From assembly GCA_944383945.1 (NCBI GenBank), contig CALWRL010000001.1:1-32545 (forward strand): DNA of 32,545 bases, in the 5' to 3' direction. This document shows, piece after piece, positions 1 through 7,635 of the stretch (position 1 is the stretch's first letter; every line of letters begins with the position of its first letter). Source of the DNA: an uncultured Clostridia bacterium (GTDB taxonomy: Bacteria > Bacillota > Clostridia > Christensenellales > UBA1242). The notes under the pieces were generated by a model. The model did no database searches, was not told the DNA's origin, and worked only from the letters and a program-made list of their open reading frames with translations. The position numbers and the translations under genes are program-made.

Positions 1-139
1 AGAAGAAAAACCAAAAAAGAAATCTTCTAAAAAAGCTGTTAAAGAAGTTGAAGAAAACAAAACAGAAGAAGCTTCTGAAGAAGTGAAAGAAGAAAAACCA
101 AAAAAAGCTTCTAAAAAAGCTAAAACAGAGGAGGAATAA
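1..139 (+). CDS. 3' end (partial) of an upstream gene with a Lys/Glu-rich C-terminal tail; probably 30S ribosomal protein S2 (rpsB) by synteny
   Basis: Open frame with codons from nt 2 reads ...[45 protein letters not shown] and ends at TAA 137-139, 1 nt before tsf. rpsB-tsf adjacency is near-universal. The tail has no diagnostic motif. Confidence 0.4.
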   Translation, partial: EEKPKKKSSKKAVKEVEENKTEEASEEVKEEKPKKASKKAKTEEE

Positions 140-140
140 C

Positions 141-785
141 ATGTTTACAGCTCAAGATGTTTCCAAATTGCGCGCAACAACAGGCGCTGGAATGATGGAT
201 TGCAAAAAAGCATTAACTGAAACAAACGGAAATTTTGATGAAGCTATCAAATATCTTCGTGAAAAAGGAATTGCTGCAGCTGCAAAAAAAGCAGATAGAA
301 TTGCTGCAGAAGGCGCTGTTGGTTCTTACATTCACATGGGTGGAAAAATTGGTGTTTTAGTAGAAGTTAACTGCGAAACAGATTTCGTTGCAAAAAGCGA
401 TGCTTTCCAAAACTTAGTTAAAGACATTGCAATGCAAATTGCAGCTGCAAAACCACTTTATGTTAACGAATCAGAAGTTCCTACCGAAGCTTTAGAAGCT
501 GAAAAAGAAATTTTAAAAGCTCAAGCTCTTAACGAAGGAAAACCAGAAGCTGTTGTTGAAAAGATGGTTGAAGGAAGAATTAAGAAATATTACAAAGATG
601 TTTGCTTAATGGATCAAGACTTTGTTAAAGACAGTAGCAAAACAATAACACAAGTTGTTAACGAAGCAGTTTTAGCAATTGGTGAAAAAATTTCTATTAG
701 AAGATTTGTTCGTTACGAAATGGGCGAAGGTCTTGAAAAAAGAGTTGACAACTTAGCAGAAGAAGTTGCAAAAATGAGCAAATAA
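141..785 (+). CDS. tsf: Translation elongation factor Ts (short ~214-aa form)
   Basis: N-terminal UBA-like motif [16 protein letters not shown] and the core [26 protein letters not shown] lies 6 nt upstream. TAA stop. Confidence 0.95.
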   Translation: MFTAQDVSKLRATTGAGMMDCKKALTETNGNFDEAIKYLREKGIAAAAKKADRIAAEGAVGSYIHMGGKIGVLVEVNCETDFVAKSDAFQNLVKDIAMQIAAAKPLYVNESEVPTEALEAEKEILKAQALNEGKPEAVVEKMVEGRIKKYYKDVCLMDQDFVKDSSKTITQVVNEAVLAIGEKISIRRFVRYEMGEGLEKRVDNLAEEVAKMSK

Positions 786-789
786 AAAA

Positions 790-816
790 GGCTTGGCTTA
801 ATGCCAAGTTTTTTTA
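790..816 (+). terminator. Rho-independent terminator after tsf
   Basis: Stem cttggc (792-797) / gccaag (803-808) with a 5-nt loop, followed by a T-run at 809-815. Confidence 0.7.
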
Positions 817-843
817 TTTCATATTTTTTAAAAAACTTTTTTA

Positions 844-872
844 TTGATTTTTCTTGCTAGTTTTGATATTAT
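844..872 (+). promoter_or_regulatory. Sigma-A type promoter abutting the start codon of the MBL hydrolase gene
   Basis: TTGATT (844-849), 17-nt spacer, TATTAT (867-872). Only 6 nt (atctcc) separate it from GTG 879, and there is no SD. Confidence 0.45.
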
Positions 873-878
873 ATCTCC

Positions 879-1667
879 GTGAAAATTGTTAATTTATCAT
901 CTGGAAGCGAAGGGAATTTGACATATATTGAAACTAGCGAAGCTAAAATTTTAGTTGACGCCGGTTTGTCATGCAAAGAAATAGAATTAAGGCTTTCTCT
1001 TCTTGGAGTTTCTGGGGAAGAAATTGACGCAATTATTGTTTCTCATGAACACAGCGACCACACTAAAGGTATTGATGTTTTCTGTTCAAAACACAACACA
1101 AAAATATATGCTCATATTGATGAATGGCCAGCGCTAAATAAAAAATTGTTTAAAGTTAACCCTCTCCAAAAATATTCCTTTACAGCTGCTCCATTTAATA
1201 TAAAAGACATTACCGTTACCGCTTTTAAAGTTCCTCACGACTCTGTTTGTTGCGTTGGATTTACCATTGAAAACAACTATAAGAAAATTTCTATTTGTAC
1301 GGATTTAGGCACCATTTCTGATAACATTTTACAAAATATTTATGGGAGTCAGTTGGTTTTTTTAGAAGCAAACCATGATGTTCAAATGTTGAAAAACAAC
1401 ATACGCTACTGCGCTAGTTTAAAACAAAGAATTCTTTCTTCTAGGGGGCACCTATCAAACTTGGATTCCGCAAAAGCTATTCAACAACTTGTAAAAAATG
1501 GAACAAAGCGTGTTGTTTTATCTCACCTTTCGAAAGAAAATAATAATGCAACTTTGGCATATGAAACAGTTAAAACAATTTTAACTAACAACGGAATTGT
1601 TGTTGGCGAAGATGTTGAAATTGATGTTGCTTCAACAATGCCCAGCAAAATTTATAAACTCTCTTAA
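879..1667 (+). CDS. MBL-fold metallo-hydrolase (YycJ/WalJ-like)
   Basis: HxHxDH motif in VSHEHSDHTKG. The N-terminus MKIVNLSSGSEGN is typical of the family. GTG start, with an in-frame TGA at 864-866 closing the frame upstream. Confidence 0.85.
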   Translation: MKIVNLSSGSEGNLTYIETSEAKILVDAGLSCKEIELRLSLLGVSGEEIDAIIVSHEHSDHTKGIDVFCSKHNTKIYAHIDEWPALNKKLFKVNPLQKYSFTAAPFNIKDITVTAFKVPHDSVCCVGFTIENNYKKISICTDLGTISDNILQNIYGSQLVFLEANHDVQMLKNNIRYCASLKQRILSSRGHLSNLDSAKAIQQLVKNGTKRVVLSHLSKENNNATLAYETVKTILTNNGIVVGEDVEIDVASTMPSKIYKLS

Positions 1668-1687
1668 TTTTTTAAGAGAGTTTTTTA
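1657..1687. terminator. Bidirectional terminator shared by convergent genes
   Basis: ctctcttaa (1659-1667) pairs with ttaagagag (1672-1680). An A-run lies upstream and a T-run (1681-1686) downstream. It overlaps both stop codons. Confidence 0.65.
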
Positions 1688-2410
1688 ACTAACTTTATCC
1701 ACAAGCCATGTTATAAATTGTTTGTTACTTGGAACTGGCCCAGCGTTAAACAATGTTCCCCTTCCACTTATTTCATCAAACAACATTTTGTTTTTACTTC
1801 TTTGTGATGCAACTGTTATAGCGTTTCGTATATTCCTTTCAATGTTATTAACAGGTGTATTATATTTAATTGCAATTTTAGGATATAACTTTTTGTTAAA
1901 AGATTGTAAAAGCCTTTTGTCTTGAATTATGTTTATAACAAGATCTCTAATATACTCATATCCTAAATATTTTGTTGTTAAGCCTAAATCTGAAAGAATT
2001 TTTGTTGTTTTATTTTTTATTTCTTCAATTTTTTCTGGGGTTATTTTTTTTGCTTCTTTTTCTTTTGTTAAAGCCAAAATATTTATAACATCATTGGCAA
2101 AATTATTTTTGTTAAAAACAAAAATGTTTTCATCTTTATATTCAAATTTTTCTGGCTCCAACGAAAGCGCAACAATTTTAGGCAATGGAAAAATTTTTGT
2201 TTCTTTAAATTGTTTGTATATTTCAATTGGAAAACAATTTGTTTCTAAATCATAAAATATAATTTCTGGATTAAGATTAATAACATTATTTAATAATTCA
2301 GGAAATGTTAAGCAATAAACTAAGTTAACCTTTTGATCTCTGCAGATGTATCTTAATGCTTCACCTAATGAATAATCTTTTTTTGAAAATAAAATTGCGC
2401 TTTTACACAT
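1685..2410 (-). CDS. Spo0A-family transcriptional regulator: Spo0A-type C-terminal DNA-binding domain with an atypical (pseudo-)receiver N-domain
   Basis: The C-terminal segment LGLTTKYLGYEYIRDLV...LYPKIAIKYNTPVNNIERNIRNAITVA...PSNKQFITWLVDK aligns by eye to B. subtilis Spo0A (GVPAHIKGYLYLREAI...[27 protein letters not shown]...PTNSEFIAMVADK). The SD AAAGGAG lies 6 nt upstream of the ATG. Confidence 0.8.
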   Translation of the reverse strand: MCKSAILFSKKDYSLGEALRYICRDQKVNLVYCLTFPELLNNVINLNPEIIFYDLETNCFPIEIYKQFKETKIFPLPKIVALSLEPEKFEYKDENIFVFNKNNFANDVINILALTKEKEAKKITPEKIEEIKNKTTKILSDLGLTTKYLGYEYIRDLVINIIQDKRLLQSFNKKLYPKIAIKYNTPVNNIERNIRNAITVASQRSKNKMLFDEISGRGTLFNAGPVPSNKQFITWLVDKVS

Positions 2411-2546
2411 GTTTTTCTCCTTTGTGACGATACATGCTTATTGTATAACATTTTTTTTAAAAAACAAATAATTTTGTAAAAAAATAGCAATTATTTTTGT
2501 AAAATATTATTATTTTTTTACAAATCGCCTCTTTTTTGTTGGTTTT

Positions 2547-2553
2547 TGTCGAA
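2547..2553 (+). promoter_or_regulatory. Exact Spo0A-box heptamer TGTCGAA in the divergent intergenic region
   Basis: Exact match to the 0A-box consensus TGNCGAA. It lies about 135 nt upstream of the Spo0A-like ATG and about 45 nt upstream of the holB -35. Confidence 0.35.
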
Positions 2554-2594
2554 TTTTTTATTCTTTATAAGCTTTTACCCTTTTATAAATAGTT

Positions 2595-2622
2595 TTGAAA
2601 ATGCACTTTTGTGTGTTAAAAT
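2595..2622 (+). promoter_or_regulatory. Extended -10 promoter abutting the holB start codon
   Basis: TTGAAA (2595-2600), 16-nt spacer, TGtTAAAAT (2614-2622). Only 6 nt (taattt) separate it from GTG 2629, and there is no SD. Confidence 0.5.
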
Positions 2623-2628
2623 TAATTT

Positions 2629-3564
2629 GTGTTAGAAGGTATATTATCTAAAAATTTATTGTCTTCTTTAAGTCAAAATTTTGACAAGCTTTCTCATGCC
2701 TACCTTTTTGTTTCACCAGATGAAGTTTACAACTTTATGTATGCTAAATACTTATCTTTAATTTTACTGTGTGAAAAGAAAACAGGTTGCCAAGAATGTT
2801 CTAATTGCATGAAGGTTTTAGCAAAAACAAATTCCGATTTAAACATTTACCCCAACGGAAAATCGGTTTTGGTTGAAGATATTGAATCAATTATTGAAAA
2901 ATCCCAAGAAAAGCCAATGTTTGGAGACAAAAAAATTTTTATTGTTAAATCAATAGATAATGCAACTTTTCAAGCGCAAAATAAATTGTTAAAAACTTTG
3001 GAAGAGCCTCCAAAAAATGTTATTTTTTTGTTAACAGCAACTAATGAAAACAAAATTTTGCCAACTATTATTTCACGCGTTAGAAAAGAATATTTGCAAA
3101 AATTAGATAAAACTTTAATTGAACAGTTAATAACAAATCCGCCAGAAATTTTTAAAGATGTTATTCCTGCAAACAGAAAGTACATTCCAAATGAACTTAA
3201 GCAAGCAGTAAATTCGGGAGATGGATACCCTGGCAAAACATTAGAATTTTTAAATTCTTCAACTTTTTTAACCATGTTTTCAACAGCTCAAGATATTGCA
3301 ACAAAGTTTATGCTTAGCAAAGAACTTTCTTCTTATAGTGAAAAAGTTGTTAAGTTTAAAGATGAAATAAAATTGTTTTTATCTTTATTGCAAAATGTTT
3401 TTGAGGAGCTTTTAAAAACTAGCAACAACAAAGAAGGATATTGCCACATTATTTTACAAATAAACAAATCTAATTTAGAACTAGACAGAAATGTTAACAT
3501 CAACTTGATTATTGACAATCTTCTTATGAAGATATTGGAAATTAAATATAATTACAAAATTTAG
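2629..3564 (+). CDS. holB: DNA polymerase III subunit delta'
   Basis: Motifs SHAYLF, the zinc module CQECSNCMKV, and KIFIVKSIDNATFQAQNKLLKTLEEPPKNVIFLLTA...ILPTIISR. GTG is the only canonical start after the in-frame TAA at 2623-2625. Confidence 0.9.
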   Translation: MLEGILSKNLLSSLSQNFDKLSHAYLFVSPDEVYNFMYAKYLSLILLCEKKTGCQECSNCMKVLAKTNSDLNIYPNGKSVLVEDIESIIEKSQEKPMFGDKKIFIVKSIDNATFQAQNKLLKTLEEPPKNVIFLLTATNENKILPTIISRVRKEYLQKLDKTLIEQLITNPPEIFKDVIPANRKYIPNELKQAVNSGDGYPGKTLEFLNSSTFLTMFSTAQDIATKFMLSKELSSYSEKVVKFKDEIKLFLSLLQNVFEELLKTSNNKEGYCHIILQINKSNLELDRNVNINLIIDNLLMKILEIKYNYKI

Positions 3565-3571
3565 GAGAAAT

Positions 3572-4402
3572 ATGAACACATCATTAATTACTTTTTCAAA
3601 CAGCCCTGTTTTATACCCTATTGAAGTTCCAGAACTTTTTCCTTTTGGAACATATTTAGTTGTTGAAACGCAAAAAGGCTTGGAGCTTGCAAAGGTTGTT
3701 AAAGAAAAATACGAAAACGAAAAAACTTTGGTTGCAGATGAAAACGAAAACACTGAAGAAATAAAATTTGTTAAAGTTGCAACCACAAAAGAAATTGAAG
3801 CAGAAAAAGAAAATTTAAAGATTGAACAAAACATCAAAGAAAAAACTCGCGAAATTGCAAATAAGTTATCTCTTGAAATGAAAATTAGCGGGGTTAAATT
3901 GACATTGGACAAAAGCAAAGCTTCTATCTATTTTACTTCCGAAAATAGGGTTGATTTTAGAGAATTAGTTAAAGAGCTTGCTTCAACATTTAAAACGAGA
4001 ATAGAACTAAGACAAATTGGCTCACGAGATGAAACAAGGCTTATGGGCGGTTTTGGAATTTGCGGAAAAGAATGTTGTTGCAAACAATTTCTTTCAGATT
4101 TTGAACATGTTTCTGTTAAAATGGCGAAAAATCAAAACCTTTCAATTAATCCAACAAAAATTAGCGGAATTTGTGGAAGATTACTTTGCTGCTTAGAATA
4201 CGAAAACGAACATTATGCTGAAACAAACAAGTTAATGCCAAAAGTTGGTAGTCAAGTTGAAACTCCTTCGGGATTGGGAAAAGTTGTTTATAACGATCTT
4301 TTAAAAAGAATTGTTCAAGTTAAAATTGGAGATGAAAATTCTTTCGAAATTAAAAATTTCGACCTTTCCGAAATTAAACAAAACAACAAGGATAAAAAAT
4401 GA
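3572..4402 (+). CDS. yaaT: PSP1-domain protein YaaT/RicT (stage 0 sporulation protein YaaT family)
   Basis: Cys-rich motifs GICGKECCCKQFL and GICGRLLCCLEYE. SD AGGAG. Follows holB as in Bacillus. Confidence 0.9.
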   Translation: MNTSLITFSNSPVLYPIEVPELFPFGTYLVVETQKGLELAKVVKEKYENEKTLVADENENTEEIKFVKVATTKEIEAEKENLKIEQNIKEKTREIANKLSLEMKISGVKLTLDKSKASIYFTSENRVDFRELVKELASTFKTRIELRQIGSRDETRLMGGFGICGKECCCKQFLSDFEHVSVKMAKNQNLSINPTKISGICGRLLCCLEYENEHYAETNKLMPKVGSQVETPSGLGKVVYNDLLKRIVQVKIGDENSFEIKNFDLSEIKQNNKDKK

Positions 4403-5139
4403 TACTTAACAAAACAGAAAGAATTGAAGACCTTCAATTAGATGGTTTAAAAATAATTCAAGATGGTGAAAAATATTGTTTTACCAGCGATTCGGCAATT
4501 TTGTCTAGTTTTGTTTCTGCAAAGAAAAACGATGTTTGTTTGGAAATTGGTTGCGGAAATGGAGTTATATCAATTTTGGTTGCACACAAATGCAAGCCAA
4601 AAGAAATTGTTGCTTTTGAAATTCAAAAAGAATCTAGTGAACTTGCAAAAAGAAATGTTGAATTAAACAATCTTGAAGATAAAATAAAAATCATTAATTC
4701 TCCTATTCAAGAATTTAAAAAATACGGTTATGGAGAAAATTTTGATGTTGTTTTTTCAAATCCCCCTTACATTAAAGTTCACGAAAAAAGTTTGATAAAT
4801 GAAAATGAAGTTTGCGCTATTTCTCGTCACGAAATTAAATTAACTTTAACCGATCTTGTTTCTTGCGCATCTAAACTTTTAAAGTTTAAAGGGCGTTTTT
4901 ATATGGTTCACAAAGCAGAAAGATTAGCAGAAATTTTTTGTGAATTAAAAAAAGTTAATTTAGAGCCAAAAAAACTTTTGTTTGTTTCTCCAAGTGAAAA
5001 CAAAAGTCCAAACATAGTTTTAATTGAAACTGTTAAAGGCGGAAAACAAGGAATTTTGGTTTTTCCAACTTTAATTGCAAACGACAAAGACGGCTCTTAT
5101 ATTTACACTATAAAAAAATTATTGGGAGGTTTAAATTGA
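4399..5139 (+). CDS. SAM-dependent methyltransferase, tRNA (adenine-N6)-methyltransferase-like (YabB/TrmN6 family)
   Basis: SAM motif LEIGCGNGVIS and catalytic NPPY (FSNPPYIK). ATGA overlap with yaaT. Confidence 0.8.
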   Translation: MILNKTERIEDLQLDGLKIIQDGEKYCFTSDSAILSSFVSAKKNDVCLEIGCGNGVISILVAHKCKPKEIVAFEIQKESSELAKRNVELNNLEDKIKIINSPIQEFKKYGYGENFDVVFSNPPYIKVHEKSLINENEVCAISRHEIKLTLTDLVSCASKLLKFKGRFYMVHKAERLAEIFCELKKVNLEPKKLLFVSPSENKSPNIVLIETVKGGKQGILVFPTLIANDKDGSYIYTIKKLLGGLN

Positions 5140-5942
5140 TTTATTTTGTTGCAACTCCAATTGGAAACTTAAAAGACATTACTTATCGCGCGGTTGAGGT
5201 TTTAGAAACAGTTGATGTTATTGCTTGCGAAGACACAAGAACTTCAAAAATTCTTTTAAACCACTACAACATAAAAGATAAAATGTTAATTTCTTATCAC
5301 AAATTTAATGAAGAAGAATGTTCAGAAAAAATAATTGATTTGGCAATTTCTGGAAAAAATATTGCAATAATATCTGATGCTGGAATGCCGGGAATTTCCG
5401 ACCCTGGAAATATTTTGGCAAAAAAATTATGCGAAAAGCAAATTGAGTATACTGTTATTCCAGGCGCTAGCGCATTGATTTGTTCGCTGGTTTTAAGCGG
5501 TTTTGATTCTCGCAGCTTTTATTTTGCTGGTTTTTTGCCAGAAAAAAACATGGATAAGAACAAAGTTATTTCCCAAATAATAACTCTAAACTCAACTTTA
5601 ATTTTTTATGTTTCCTCCCACAATTTAAAAAAAGATATTGATTTTTTATATAAAAGTTTAGGAGACAGAAAGGCTTGTTTAACAAAAGAACTAACAAAAC
5701 TTCATGAGCAAAAAGTTTTTTTCAATCTTTCATCTTTGCCTGATATTGATGAAAGGGGCGAATTTGTTTTAATTGTTGAAGGAGCAATAAATTCCCTTGA
5801 AGATTTTGCGAATAAAAGCATTGTTGACCATGTTAAATTTTATATAAATTTGGGAATGACAAAAAACGAGGCAATAAAAAAAGTTGCAAAAGAAAGAAAT
5901 GTTAATAAAAACGAAGTCTATAAAGAAGTTTTAAATATATAA
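5136..5942 (+). CDS. rsmI: 16S rRNA (cytidine1402-2'-O)-methyltransferase
   Basis: N-terminus IYFVATPIGNLKDITYRAVEVL...IACEDTRTSKILLNHY and DAGMPGISDPG. TTG start in a TTGA overlap, with a GGGAGG SD. Confidence 0.9.
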   Translation: MIYFVATPIGNLKDITYRAVEVLETVDVIACEDTRTSKILLNHYNIKDKMLISYHKFNEEECSEKIIDLAISGKNIAIISDAGMPGISDPGNILAKKLCEKQIEYTVIPGASALICSLVLSGFDSRSFYFAGFLPEKNMDKNKVISQIITLNSTLIFYVSSHNLKKDIDFLYKSLGDRKACLTKELTKLHEQKVFFNLSSLPDIDERGEFVLIVEGAINSLEDFANKSIVDHVKFYINLGMTKNEAIKKVAKERNVNKNEVYKEVLNI

Positions 5943-5973
5943 CTATTATTAAAGAAAGTTCATATACATTAAC

Positions 5974-6948
5974 ATGAAATATGAACTTTTTTTAAAAAAT
6001 TTAAAAAAAATTGATGCAAAAGTTTTTTACGATTATGACATTAAAAATTTAACTTCTTTTAAAATTGGTGGCAAAGCAAAATATTTTGTTATAGTTAAAA
6101 ACACAAAAACCCTTATTAACCTTTTAAAACATTGCAAAAAATATTTTATTTTAGGCGGCGGAACAAATGTTCTTTTTTCCGACAAAAACTACAATGGAAC
6201 AATTATCAAACTTGAAGGAAAATTTAAAAAAATAAAAGTAACTAAAAATCACATTACCTGTGGTTCTGGAGCAAGTTTATTTGAAATAAACAAAATTGCC
6301 AAAAAAAACAGCCTTAGCGGAATTGAATTTAGTTATGGAATTCCCGGAACAATCGGAGGAGCAATTTTTGGCAACGCAGGAGCATTTGATGATGAAATTT
6401 TAAATTATGTTACAGAAGTTAAGATACTTAAAAATAATAAGGTTTTTTGGACCAAAAACTTCTCTCATTCATATAGAAAAAGTTGCTTTCAAGATGACAA
6501 CTCGATTATTTTATCTGCTAAAATAATGCTTAACTATGGAAATAAAAATGAAATTGATGCTTTGCAAAAAGCAAACCTATTAAAAAGAATAAACTCTCAA
6601 CCTTATGGCAAGCCTTGTGCAGGAAGTGTGTTTAAAAGAGAAATAAATGATGGAAAAATTATTTTTCCCGCTAAAATTATTGACACATTAGGGTTAAAAG
6701 GTGTTACAATAGGAGGAGCGATGATCAGCACAAAACATGCTGGATTTATTGTTAATGAAAACAACGCTAAATTTAAAGATGTTATTAAGCTTATAAAACA
6801 TGTTAAAAAAATTGTTTATAAAAACTACAATTTAAAACTAAAAGAAGAAATAATAATTGTTGGAGGAAAAGCAAATGCTTATTTTGGGAGATTTCCACAC
6901 CCATTCAAAATATTCAAAACGAAACCACGGCAAAGGAACAATTCTTGA
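5974..6948 (+). CDS. murB: UDP-N-acetylenolpyruvoylglucosamine reductase
   Basis: Motifs FKIGGKA, LGGGTNVL, GIPGTIGGAI and CAGSVFK. The C-terminus runs about 27 aa past the usual ...IIVG end and overlaps the next gene. Confidence 0.9.
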   Translation: MKYELFLKNLKKIDAKVFYDYDIKNLTSFKIGGKAKYFVIVKNTKTLINLLKHCKKYFILGGGTNVLFSDKNYNGTIIKLEGKFKKIKVTKNHITCGSGASLFEINKIAKKNSLSGIEFSYGIPGTIGGAIFGNAGAFDDEILNYVTEVKILKNNKVFWTKNFSHSYRKSCFQDDNSIILSAKIMLNYGNKNEIDALQKANLLKRINSQPYGKPCAGSVFKREINDGKIIFPAKIIDTLGLKGVTIGGAMISTKHAGFIVNENNAKFKDVIKLIKHVKKIVYKNYNLKLKEEIIIVGGKANAYFGRFPHPFKIFKTKPRQRNNS

Positions 6949-7630
6949 AAATGCTATTGCAGCAAAACAAAAAGGATTAAAAGCAATTGCAATAACCGAC
7001 CATGGTTTTAACCATAAACTATATTCCTATGATAGAAACAAATTAGATGAAATAAAAAAAGAATGTGAAGTTGCAGAACAAAAAACTGGTGTTAAGGTTT
7101 TGTTAGGAATTGAAGCAAATTTTATTTCTAACGACGGAACAATTGATTTAAACGAAGAAGATTTTCGCAAATTAGATTTAGTTATAGTTGGTCAACATAA
7201 TTTTGTTAAAGTAAAAACTTGAAAAGAAAAATTTAGACTTTTTTGGCGAAATATTCTATATTGCGTTTTTCCAATTTCAAAAAAGAAAATTGAAAAAAAC
7301 ACAAATGTTTATTTACGAGCTTTAAAAAAATATAAAATTGATATTTTATCTCATCTTAATTATGGAATGAAAGTTAACACTTTAAAAGTTGCTTTAGCTG
7401 CAAAAGAAGCAGGAACTCTTATTGAATTAAACGGAAAAAGAATTTGTTTTTCTGATGAGGAAATTAAGCAAATGGTTAACGCCAAGGTTAAGTTTATTTT
7501 AGATTCAGATGCTCACTGCCCTAACAGAGTTGGAGAAGTTAATAACGGAATTAATTTAATAACAAGATTAAACATTCCTCACGAACTTGTTGTTAATTTA
7601 GATAAATTACCTGATTTTAAAAGGAAATAG
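6875..7630 (+). pseudogene. PHP-family phosphoesterase (histidinol-phosphatase-like) interrupted by a single in-frame TGA at 7220-7222
   Basis: Track ORFs 6857-7222 and 7367-7630 are in the same frame (offset 510 nt). Nt 7223-7366 are open in that frame and encode the conserved DILSHLN His motif. Other PHP motifs are GDFHTHS, ITDHG, GIEAN and DSDAH. The GGAGG SD sits 8-9 nt before ATG 6875. Confidence 0.6.
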
Positions 7631-7635
7631 CAAAA

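Noticed and set aside
1695-1703. Perfect DnaA box TTATCCACA
   Set aside because: It is a single copy inside the 3' end of a coding region with no neighbouring boxes or AT-rich unwinding element. One chance 9-mer match in about 65 kb of two-strand sequence is not surprising.
7220-7222. TGA read as Trp (genetic code 4) or Gly (code 25) throughout this organism
   Set aside because: Every other long conserved gene (dnaE, ftsH, mnmG, mnmE and others) is intact under the standard code, with all Trp encoded by TGG. TGA also closes four genes at sensible positions. A recoded AT-rich genome would show many in-frame TGAs. Only one is present.
7220-7260. Selenocysteine insertion at the in-frame TGA of the PHP gene
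   Set aside because: No convincing SECIS-like stem-loop follows the TGA; only a weak A/T pairing is possible. I know of no PHP-family selenoprotein, and the position is not at a catalytic Cys-like site.
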